Shown one piece after another: positions 34,801-45,800 of a stretch of DNA of 64,000 nucleotides. The notes beneath the pieces were generated by a model. It was given only the letters and a program-made list of their open reading frames with translations, was not told the DNA's origin and did no database searches. A program made the position numbers and the translations under genes. The stretch spans positions 1,302,001 through 1,366,000 of the forward strand of contig NW_020845410.1 in assembly GCF_003704095.1 (NCBI RefSeq), given 5' to 3'. The DNA is from Pocillopora damicornis (taxonomy: Eukaryota). Position 1 is the first letter of the stretch. Each line of letters begins with the position of its first letter.

Positions 34801-37800
34801 GATGAGGCTGTCAATCAACTTGAAAGTCTGCTTCAACAAGACATATTTTGCTTTGATTCGCGTGGACGGTGGTATGATAGACTGGCACTGAATTTGCATC
34901 AGCACTTAAAACAACCTGAAAAGGTGAGTCCTCGTTAATTTTTTTCTTAAGTTTTGAAAGATTAAAGAAAGAAAAGTGAACTATGGCCAAAGACAATGTT
35001 TTTAATATATGATATAAATTTAAGGGTTGCATATCCATGGATGTGCCACCTGTTCATTTATCCAGGCTGATCTGTGACTTACCTTGAGACCCTTTACACT
35101 TTGATATCAGTACCTATATTCTCCACACTGTTCTCTATACATTTCTTACAGTACTAATGAAGAGAATGTGCTTAATAATCAAGAGCTCCCTGACCTGACA
35201 ATCCTTTCATAATGTTTGATTCAGCAGTTTTACTGTGAGAAGAAATACATGTAGATGCTAGTCACTCGATGGGGTCAAAGGCTAATATCAGAGTTTTGCT
35301 GTTTTACTCAAAGGCTATGCAGGTCATCCGGGAAGCCCTTCTAGACCCACATGTTCGGTTTGGGCGTCGTCTTGCCCTGATACAGAGAGCCAAGCGCATC
35401 CTCTCTTCCCCAGCATTTACTAAAGGGAAGAAGAAAAAATGTGAAGATTATGGAGACCTGGAGTTAATAGAACCAGACTCATCTAAGAGTGTAAGTCTTA
35501 GTTGTTACTTTAATTTTGTCGTTGGTTTTGATATTTAAAAATAAAATGGACTTGAGTTTGAGGTGGCTTGTTCAACAGTAGAATAGTTTATCTGTATTTC
35601 TTTTTACTCATCCCTGCAGATCACTATATCTGGGACAAGATGTGCAGAACTTGGAGTCTTCATTGCTCCTGAGATTGATCAAGATGGCCAAGTAATTGAT
35701 GGTACAACAACCTTCTGTGCAGTGGAGGAATATGCCTTGTCATATTATCGCCAGAAGGGATTTGACCAAGGAATCCATGGAGAAGGATCCACTTTCTCAT
35801 CACTTTACATCTTATACATGTGGGACATCATATTTGCAAGTGGAATTCCAGATGTTTTTCGAAGTCCATTCCAAGTATGAAACTTGCTGACTTTAAAATG
35901 TCCTGTGGTCATTTTCTGACATTTTTTGTGTACAGTGTAAAGCACTTTTAGTAATATTCACCACCATATTTTTACCAGGAAGAAAAGTCTGGAACAATTC
36001 CTTTAACATTATTATTTGCGAGGTTTTTATTTGCTCTGATTAGTGATTAATTAGTATCTGTTTGGTTTTTTTTTGAGGCTGCTCCCCTTGACTTCTGCTA
36101 TGATGCATTTTACGAAAGTCGCAAAGAAATTATTGACAAGAGGCTGGAGGAAATCTCAATAACGTCAGTTGAGGTAAATGTGATTGATAATGCATGAAAT
36201 CTTTCTTTGTGTTGTCTACATGTACACAAAACGTAATGATTATTATGTTAAGTGGTCAATCAAATATGGTCAGTTTAAGGCAAAAGATTTATTTACACCA
36301 AGTTTTTCGATATATGTATATTTTGTGACAGAAACTTCAGGACATTCTGTCCAAAGCTTGGAATGATTACGAAGGGCAGGTTTGTGCAGGAATAAGCTGG
36401 GATCGATTCACAAGTGTGGAGCAAGCAAAAGTAAGTGGGTGGTTTTGAGAAGTTTCGCATGTGAAATTACTTGTGTATTCCTTTTTAAGAATTTTTTAGT
36501 TGTTTAATTTGTTGTTGGGTGTTGGTTGGTCACATATGTGAATGGGAATACCTTCAAGTTGAACTAACGTTACGTCAGGTCCAGGGCATAAATGTTTGAC
36601 GATAAACATTGTAAAAATACACAATAACTTGTGGTTTTTCTTTCTGTAGCAACTCGTAGCCTGCCTGGGTGGTCAGATAATGTCTGGGATCTTCACTCGG
36701 TTTGCTCAAGGATACCGCTATTGTCGCGCTGGTATGCCTGATCTGGTCGTATGGAATTCATCCACTCTTGATTACATGGTAACTTAGTTCGTCTTTCAAA
36801 TAAACTGCTTTTGTTTGAGTATTGGAAGACCAGAAACAAAACCTGATTACACCGGCTCGGGTGAACGAAGGAGAACGTCACAGGATACCCAATAAGGACA
36901 CGAAAAGATTTCAAGCGTGACGAATGTTGCGAATAACAGCGACAATAACAGAGAAAGACGTCTTTCGTCTTGTCACGAGCGTGGAACAATAAAAAAAAAT
37001 TCTGAGTCCCCATGAATGAGGAATCGAACCTCAGACCTTCAGATTCATCTCTACCACTGAGCTACAGAGACTCCACGGTGAGCTAGGTCTATTACGAAGT
37101 TCATATGACACACGTCCTGCATACTGATAGGATCAGCAATGTCGATAGCGTCATGACGCATCGTAGCGCGGAATCCGAAGGTTTGAGGTTCGATTCCTTA
37201 TGAGGACTCAGAATTTTTTCTTTGTCCCACGCTCGTAACAAGACGATGGCTGATTTACGTTATCAACTCAGTTGATAACACTAAATTACCCTGTTATACT
37301 CTCCTACCGATGCAGCTCCACAGTTTCTTTAGAAACTTACCCTCTTTAATCACTTAGTTATGTTTGTTTGTAGCTCATGAATTTGATTTGTTTAGAAGGT
37401 GGTGCTATATCTCTATACCAATCACAGAGCGTAGTAAAGCAAAACCAAAACAATGACGAATCGCTTTCTTACAGAATAACAGCTATGGTGGTGATTTTTG
37501 TAAATTCTGTAAAGTTCATCTTGTCTCCAACTTACCCTAAGTGAGCGGAGATTATTTTTTTCCTTTGTCTTAACGTCAGATTTCTGAAGTTAAGGGTCCA
37601 GGGGACAAGCTTTCTACCAAGCAATTAATCTGGCTAGATGTTTTACAGTCCCTTGGAGCTAATGTCGAAGTCTGCTATGTGACTGGTATGTCTGTGCTTC
37701 CAAAACGATTTACATGAAGTCAAGTTATATGACAAATGACTGTCAAGCCAGAGGATCACCATCCCATGAGTAACTTTCGAGCAAAAGAATTGTTTGATAT

Positions 37801-38250
37801 TACGAAATCACACAATTTCATGCAAACTCGTTTATCGTGGCTCACAGATAAGCTAGAAAATAATTAATCAGTATACAACAGTCTCGAGAAATCATAGCAC
37901 TGCAGGCAGGGTAACTTGTTCAGAGCATAGTTAGTAGAGGGGACTCCCTCCATTAACTATGTTCAGAGTGGGAGTTTAGAGCTCCGACTGAGAACGGTCC
38001 CTGTTTCAATAATTACAAATGACGCTGCTGTCTTGTTGAGTCAGGAATGTGCTGGTTGTAAATTTTTTTAGAGCTCCATCACTTTTCTCGCTCCAAGACT
38101 CGGTTGTGGGCATCCATCTTCATTCCATGGATATGGGTCTCCATTCCATATTGATAGTGATACTCGTACAGTTCACCAAACATGTTGAAATACTCAACTT
38201 TCTTTTTCTTTTCAGATGTTGGCGCTAAGCGCCTTAAAGTGTCAAAATAA
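31839..38250 (+). CDS. FAN1: Fanconi-associated nuclease 1; exons 31839-32988, 33557-33773, 34056-34193, 34455-34923, 35314-35490, 35620-35874, 36078-36173, 36332-36430, 36650-36778, 37580-37685, 38216-38250
   Basis: UBZ finger [13 protein letters not shown]; [35 protein letters not shown]; VRR-NUC motifs GMPDLVVW and [12 protein letters not shown]; GT-AG introns in frame. Confidence 0.97.
36951..37245. mobile_element. Fold-back tRNA-like element in FAN1 intron 9
   Basis: Reverse strand has A-box TAGCTCAGTGG and B-box GGTTCGATTCC; inverted partial copy at about 37158-37245. Confidence 0.85.
37246..37348 (+). mobile_element. 3' tail of the family-B Penelope-type element
   Basis: Reverse complement of about 19953-20050 (..TGGCTGATTTACGTT..CACTAAATTACC..CACAGTTTCTTTAGAAACTTACCC). 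Confidence 0.85.
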
Positions 38251-38712
38251 ATGTCCTCCACGAGTCAGCTGGGGATGGAAATTCGACCTTCGCTTTGAAA
38301 TAATATTTCAAATATTATATGAATTACTTCGTTACTTACTACAGAGTAGAGGAATAAATCGACAAGTGAATATTTTATCCTCGTGTTAATTGATTATTCT
38401 CATTTTTGTTGCTGTTCGTGTTTTTTTTGTTTTTGTTTTTGTTTCGGCTTCTTTGGACTTTGTAGAAAGTTTTCTTTTGACAATCACCTTTGCGTACTTA
38501 ATCATAATTCTCCTCCATTACTTTTTTATGTTATGGTCGGTCCCTTCTGTTTCGCAAATTATAATCCAGTCATCTTTGCAAACGTGTACGTCCTCCAAAG
38601 CGCGCGCGCTCGTCTATGGCTGTCATGGTTACTAAACTATTGTTACGTAACGTTCTTGGCTGCATCAAGTGCACGATTTGTGCGCTTCACATAACACCGC
38701 GAAGCAGCCACA

Positions 38713-40000
38713 ATGTCGTCTGGTAATCAGAGTCCAGCGATACTCCCAGTATCATGCTCATTAAGCTCCATTTCGTTGGGAGAAGGTAAACCGATTTGTA
38801 GAATTTGCCACAATACTAGCGGAAAGGACCAAGGTCGAGAACTTTTACAAAAAGTTTGTTGGTGTAAAGGAACCATGGGAAAGGTGCATAAATCCTGCTT
38901 GGAGTTGTGGTTAAATTCAGCCCACAACAGAACGTGTCCAATTTGTCGCTACCGTTTTCGCACAAGAAGAGTTTATAAGCCTATCAGAAAGGTATTTTAT
39001 AAAAAATAGTATTCCATTTTTTAGCGTTCTTGTGACCAAATCTCGAAACATTTCCCAGACTGAATACCAAAATTAATGACCCGTAATGAATTCATCTCAG
39101 CATGCGAGGCAAAATGAAATTAGAGTTGCGTTTCATTAAGTTCTTTGTTGGTTACACTATGACCTTTACTTTCGATTCGTATTAGAAATCCCATTTTGAC
39201 TAGTTAACAACTATTCACCGAAGTGGAGGCGGCGAAGCAGCGATGTAAGTATCCATCGCTAGCCACCGACACAGGTGAACAGTATTTTTAGTGTATACCA
39301 AAGCAGTGAGATAATATAGCACAAAAAGGTGATTTACACTTGTAATATTTCCGGGTGCAAGTCCCGCGCGCAAATGCTCGGAGGTGAATAGCAATGGTAC
39401 CCGAAATTTAAGTAGCCAATCAGAGCACGCTATCGACGCTATCCTCTATTTTAGTATATAAATATACTAATTTGGGTTACTTGGGGTAGTGCAGAATTGC
39501 CTTAATGATAACAATGACATTTACTGGTCTTTGCTGATTGTTTCATTTCGGTTGATGTTAGATATGAGTCGAGATTGCAAGATATCACAAAATTGTGCAT
39601 ACTTTACCTTCCCTTGTCCTTGAATTATTAGAGAAACTACATTCGCTGCTTTGTAAAATATCATTTCATCTCATGCTCTCTGTGTTTGCAGTGGCGATGC
39701 CTTCCAATGCAAGCAAACGACATTGCCATGCTGATATTCAATGTTTTGTTTCTTGGGATGGTGTGTGTTCAAGTTTCCGGTATTGGCTTCCTTCTCAATC
39801 GTTACAGCAAACAATCAGAATGCAACGCCGCACTGAGTTTAGGAATTGCAGGAATCGCATCTGGACTTCCATTTTTCTTGTCTTTTTGGATAGGATCGAT
39901 GGTGAATATCTATACTTCTAATTATTGGGCTATGTGGCGTCGAAAAAACAAACACGTGGTAGTGATCATCGAAAACTTCAGTGACACAGAAGTTGTTTAG
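38713..40000 (+). CDS. Membrane-associated RING-CH (MARCH-family) E3 ubiquitin ligase; exons 38713-38991, 39692-40000
   Basis: RINGv pattern CRICH..CWCKGTMGKVHKSCLELW..CPIC, then two TM helices and W..WRRKN. Confidence 0.9.
39205..39470. repeat. Interspersed repeat in the MARCH intron
   Basis: CTATTCACCGAAGTGGAGG start and internal inverted GGAGGTGAATAG; CpG-rich against its flanks. Confidence 0.45.
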
Positions 40001-40409
40001 TTTGTTTTCCTGAAATTATTTTCAGTGTGGCACTTGTAGTTATTGAATAACCTGTCTGTTGTTTTTTGTCGAAATAAAAACTACTGGCACTTAATAAAGA
40101 AAGAATCTAACTTCTACCGCATTGATGATTTCATAGAGGTTCCAACATCCATTTTCTGAGCGTATTTGGTTAAACAAAAGCAAACAAGTAATCCGCTGGG
40201 AAAGAAAAAACTTTCCATTCTTAGAAGAACACACACGAAATGCCGAAAATACGAGCTTTACGTTGAAAGATAAAGCCGCAGTCTTCTCGAAAACCAGTGA
40301 AAACACGATGTGGAAAAATCAGCTATGAACTGATTTCCAGAAAGAAAGACAAAATCGTGTCGCCATCGAAAGATCGTCTGTTGGAACGGTAAGCTAGATA
40401 TCTCCGTCT

Positions 40410-40685
40410 AATTTCGAAACCAGATTTCGGAAAGTTCCTTGTGATTTCGAATGCTTCAGTCCGATTTCGGATGCTTTCGCCCTATTTCGCTTCTTTTCGG
40501 AAACTATTGTTCGAACTCAGACGCTTTCATGAGACATTTCGAAGCTTCTCTCCAATTTCGGATGCCATCGTTCCTTTTCGGATTCTTCTGTCCCATTTCT
40601 GACGTCATCGCTTCATTGACACACTGTCCTCCTATTTCAGACGCTGTCGTTTGTTTTGCCTGATTTCGGACATTTTCCGTCTGAA
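40410..40685. repeat. Degenerate minisatellite of ATTTCGGA-like motifs
   Basis: More than 12 TTTC(G/A)(G/A)A occurrences, many at about 20-nt spacing. Confidence 0.6.
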
Positions 40686-41398
40686 ATTAAAGGACAGCTT
40701 TGTTGAACTAGCTTAAAAATAGAAGCCATGATAAAAATGGATTCGCATTTCATGAGCTTTTTCGTCTCGAAACTTTTTAAAATTTCCCAGAAAACGAAGT
40801 AGTCCATCTAAAAACGAAGTAGATTTACTGAGATAAATCCATTAAATTTCTTGAAAACCTGACATGAATTTTTGTGAGTGGGAAAGTACAAAAACGTGCT
40901 TCGAGTGCAGGGAAGGGCGCAATACAGTTGCAAAACAACAATGTTGACAAATCTCTTGAGTCAACTCAAACTAACAGTCTCCATGACAAAAGAGACTGCA
41001 ATAGACAAAACAATATCGAGCATTATACAATGCGATAAATCTGAATTAACAATTCCTGATGTTTCTATGTAATTAGCCGGAAAAGAAAGCAAAAGAGTGT
41101 TAGTGAGGCTGCCAAGGTTACGAACTCTTCTACGATGAACTCGGAGTTTTCAGTATTTTACGTTTTGCGTGAATCTGTCACGTACTCCTGGTTTAATGCC
41201 CAATAACAAATATTCATCATTGCTGGTGGTTAATATTTCACTCAGTGAATTGTTGTGCGAATGACAGTATAATCGTCAAAGCGCTGTCATAAAAGCCATC
41301 CGTCAAGTGGAGGTGAAATTCAGTTGCATTTACGGAACTTTAAAAGGAGAAAGGATTGCTGTTTGTTTCGTGGACTCAAAGCAAAACGTATCGACACG

Positions 41399-42484
41399 AT
41401 GAAGTCTTCCACGTGTCCATTTACTGTGACTGCGGCTTCTTGTTTATTCCTATGTATTACTGTTTCTCTTTCCATGTTATGCATTTCACTTTGGCTCACA
41501 AGTCAAGGACTTACAAATTATGTAGAGTCCATGAAGTATAACCTCCAGAAAGAAGGTCAAATTGGCAAGCGTGGGTCTGCGCACACAACGGTGGGAACTT
41601 CATTTCGCAGACGAAGCGATCGAGACAAAACGGGCTCTGTTGACAGTCAGTTAATCGATGATGCATTCTCCGACTCTTGGCTTGAAGTACGTAAACATCG
41701 TACCCGTCTTCTAACACGAACAAAGTGTTTACAGGACTTGTTCCTCATAATAATCGTCTCTAGCTCTCCTGAAGCACATAAAAATCGAATGGTTATTCGA
41801 CATACTTGGGGAACGGATAACGCACTTCACCGGAAATGGAAGACGGTGTTTCTTATCGGCGAAGCTAGCAGTGTTGACATTTCGTATCGCATCTCGCGCG
41901 AAGCGCAGATATTTGGCGACATAATTCAAGGTGACTACCCTGAAACGTTTACAAATAAAGTGTTTAAGATTGAGTCTGGATTTGAATGGGCAGCAAAGTA
42001 CTGTAGCTTTAAATACTTGCTTAAGACAGATGATGACGTGTTCGTCAATACTCGCGGTCTCATCGAATTCCTCACCCAAACTGGCACGGCAAATACAGAC
42101 TTTTATTTTGGACATTTAATGCATGGAAACCCTGTTCTTCGTCATGGTTTCTATGGTGTTTCAGAAGAAGATCATCCTGAGAATACTTATAAAGACTACA
42201 TTTCTGGAGGCGGCTACGTGTTGTCAAGGGATCTGGTCTTGAAATTAATTCCAATGTTTGATGTTGTGAAACCGCTTAAAGTTGATGATGCATATATTGG
42301 AATCCTAGCGGCCGATTTGGGTGTTCAGCCAATCTCTAGTACAACGTTTTTGATGTATAACGATAATAAATCATGCAAGGATGACCCCAATATTTTGCTC
42401 ATTAGGCCAATTGATCACGATTGCATGGTCAAACTTTTCGACGATACACAGAAGAAACTACTCTCTCAGAGTACTACAAATTAG
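41399..42484 (+). CDS. GT31 beta-1,3-galactosyltransferase-like, single exon, type II membrane protein
   Basis: N-terminal TM; R..IRHTWG, DIIQGDY, KTDDDVFVN (DxD), GGGYVLS, DDAYIG; first ATG at 41399. Confidence 0.93.
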   Translation: MKSSTCPFTVTAASCLFLCITVSLSMLCISLWLTSQGLTNYVESMKYNLQKEGQIGKRGSAHTTVGTSFRRRSDRDKTGSVDSQLIDDAFSDSWLEVRKHRTRLLTRTKCLQDLFLIIIVSSSPEAHKNRMVIRHTWGTDNALHRKWKTVFLIGEASSVDISYRISREAQIFGDIIQGDYPETFTNKVFKIESGFEWAAKYCSFKYLLKTDDDVFVNTRGLIEFLTQTGTANTDFYFGHLMHGNPVLRHGFYGVSEEDHPENTYKDYISGGGYVLSRDLVLKLIPMFDVVKPLKVDDAYIGILAADLGVQPISSTTFLMYNDNKSCKDDPNILLIRPIDHDCMVKLFDDTQKKLLSQSTTN

Positions 42485-42894
42485 AGATCAAATATGTAAA
42501 TGATAATAATTAATGCAAATGTGGCTCAATAGTACTAGAACAAAAATTTTTGAAAGTGATGTATGCTTTAAAAATATTTTTATTACAGGCAAATAAAATT
42601 TGATTTTAATCACTGCCATAGTCACTGAGTTATTCAAAACTCTGTGAGGGTTCACAGCTGGTTAACTTCATAAAATATTTTTGTTGATTTCGCTTCGGAT
42701 TTTGCGACTCAACGCATTATATGACATGACACTTTTGACTGGGGCGTTACATATTCAAATATATTTTCGATTGACTTTTTCTTCTATATTAATATTATTA
42801 ATTTATTTTGCTGTCGTCACGTAACTGTCCACACCTTGCACTTTGTCAGTAGCGTGACATTGCGTGACAACAATAGCATCGAAGTCATCTTAAA

Positions 42895-45800
42895 ATGGCG
42901 TCCACAACAAAAAAGGTAAGAGGTTAAATACGCAACATGTCTCAACTTATGCTCGTTAAATGTTTATTTTCTGTTTCCAAACGATGCTTTTGACAAAGAA
43001 TACATGTTCAAAACACCGAGGGTCCATCCCCTTACTGTCGTGAAAACCCTAAAATGAGCACGGTTACACCGTAGAGATTGTGCAACCGTCTGGTGTTCTA
43101 GTTAAGCATCTGAAGAAGAAAGTGGTATTAGGCTTGTGTTGGAAATTTTAAAGCTAAGACTAAAAAATATCTTGATGATTTTAAACGACAAACACTTTCT
43201 CAACCCTGATGGCTGCGGTAACTTGACCTGAGGGAAGGATATTTATGTCTGCTGGGCATTTGTCCGCTAGAAGGCTCGCAGTAAGCTAGCTGAAGAAGTT
43301 ATTTATAATTTGTGATAGTTGTCTGAAACATAGCTAGAATATGGAAATCTGCTTTACTCGGCTCATACTTCCTTCAGGAACGTTGAGAATTTCAGGGCTG
43401 CTCTTGTTTCATAACTCTGGCGGAATTTGCATGACTAGTTGCAAAGCCTGTGTGCGTGAAAGAAATAAGTTTCTTTTTATTTTGCATAAATTTAATACGA
43501 ACTACCCCTCAGTTCCTATTCAAATGTCAAAAGCCAGAGATAAAAGGATTATCAAGATTTATTACCGGCCCTGTGGGATCACAGGTCGTCTAGTGAACTT
43601 TTTCTGACGTCAAGTAAAATGAGTAATAAATCTAGCGGCCGTGGGAACAGGAACTACTAAGCAGGTAAATAACTGATCGCAGCCTTTCGCGATATATTTA
43701 AAAATCTATGATAGGAAGATATTTTCACATGTTTCTTGTACATCAGAAAAGCCACTTTTTTTTCATAAGTTTATTTGCTAATTATTTACAAAATACAGGA
43801 ATATTTGTCATATTTCTGCTGTAATCGTCAAGCAAATGCTAGAGGGCTTGCCTTCCAAAAAGTCTTTACTGGTTTTCCATGAGTGCATGTGCAGCAAAGC
43901 CAGGACGTTTAGTGCAATAAAGAATATCCTTTGTTTTATTTTTTCCTCCCTTTTAAAAAAAAGGAATTCTAACTTTGTGCTTTTTGCGTTGTTAATTTAC
44001 TTGATTAATGAAACTTGTTGAATTGATCAGCCAAGGGGAATTCTTGAGAGACTTGACGCAGGAGAAGTCGTGATCGGTGATGGCGGATTCCTCTATGCTC
44101 TTGAAAGGCGAGGCTATGTAACAGCTGGTCCATACACACCTGAATGTACAGTAGAGCATCCTGAGGCAGGTGAGTAAATGTCGATTGAGGAGTGTGGTCG
44201 AGGGATAGTTTCGTAAAAAGAGGCTCTTAGACGTATGTAACCCTCGGGGGACAACATCGTTACCAATGAGGGTCATTCTCAGAACGGAAAGGACAAGTGC
44301 AAGAATTACAAGGGAATATTGCTCAGTCTCAGTTTAGATCGATATCGAAGTCCCTTGAATGAAATTGTTTCCTGAATAGCGACACACCAAGGGGAAGGTT
44401 CTGCTAAAGTTTCGTGGGCGTGGCTAGGAACCCAAAGCAATTCCCCAATTTTTTAGTAGGAAGTGGTTAGGGTACGGTAGGGTAGGGTTGGGTTGTGAGA
44501 TGTCATCACGTGGGCACCAGGGTTGTTCCAGTGTTTTTACCTAAGTGTAAAACCTCGGATAATTCTAGATACTTGTTTTCATTGATTAGACCTGAGGCTT
44601 GTGAAAATTCATTTGATAGCAATTGCTGAAAATCCTTTTAATGCTGCAATGTTGTTTTAGTGCGACAACTTCACAGAGAATTCCTTAGGGCTGGAGCAGA
44701 CGTCATGCAAGCGTTCACATTTAATGGAACACAAGAATCCATCGTCAGCCGCGGAGTGAGGATTAAGGTATTCCCTGGAAACAAGTATTTTCATTGACAC
44801 TAGTCAAAGTGGACAATAACGGATGAATAGAAGAAAGGAAACCAGCAAAATTAGAATTTCAGCCTCACAGCGTTACTCTTTACAAGCTCACTTTGGATTA
44901 GACTGTTCGCCCTTCCTGTGTTCTTTGCGGTCTATTCCTCTCGGCTATGTTACGGTATTTTCTTCAATCTATAAAATGCAACTGAAATCAAAAACCCCTA
45001 CAAGTGATTAATTTGAGTTGTTGTTTTCTGATATAGGCTGACGACATCAACCAAGCTGCGTGTAGGATCGCGCGTGAAGTCGCCAACGAGGGTGACGCCC
45101 TGATGGCGGGAGGAGTGTCTTACACCCAGAGCTATCGAGAAGGGCGTGGTAAGCATGCAGTTCAGGAGGAGTACTTAAAACAAGTTGAAGTACTTATCAA
45201 GAATGATGTAGATTTTCTTATTGGTGAGGTAGGTGTCCATCAATGGTCACGTGTGCATCCAGATGTATCAAATCAATAACGAAAAAAAATGAAGCTCATC
45301 CCTTGCGAGTGCTGGTGCGCGCTCTAAGAACCAGATGAATTTAGAGGGAATAGAATAGGAATGCCACAGTGTGATATATGTCTCGGAGAATCTTGATAAT
45401 GATAACGATACATTAATAGAGCTCATTCTCCATATCAATATACTCCAATGCGCTTTACAACACTTTGCGCGGGACTTTGGCCAGACTTCGCATGCATTGA
45501 CTAGTTTGCAGTTTTTGAAAGGAAATTTTACCGGTTCCCCCAATGTATTGATTTTTTGGAGACAAGGCCAGAATCATAGCAGAATCAAGGAACCCGGATT
45601 CAGATCTTCTGTACAGACACAAATAATATGTCTTAAGCCTCAGCAAAAGTTTAAATCGAATCCGATCAATTTACTTAAGATCATTACTTTATTTAGTAGC
45701 TTCCATCTGTGACTTTTCAGTATCTGATGAACATTGATGAAGCTGAATGGGCGACAGAAACTTTGAAATCTACCGGCAAACCTGTCGCCGTTACAATGCC

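Noticed and set aside
37005-37075. Possible real tRNA gene
   Set aside because: Anticodon arm deleted or with a non-canonical loop lacking U33, and embedded in a multi-copy repeat
37923-37964. Small hairpin in FAN1 intron 10
   Set aside because: About 17-bp imperfect stem with no other copy or motif; insufficient for an ncRNA call
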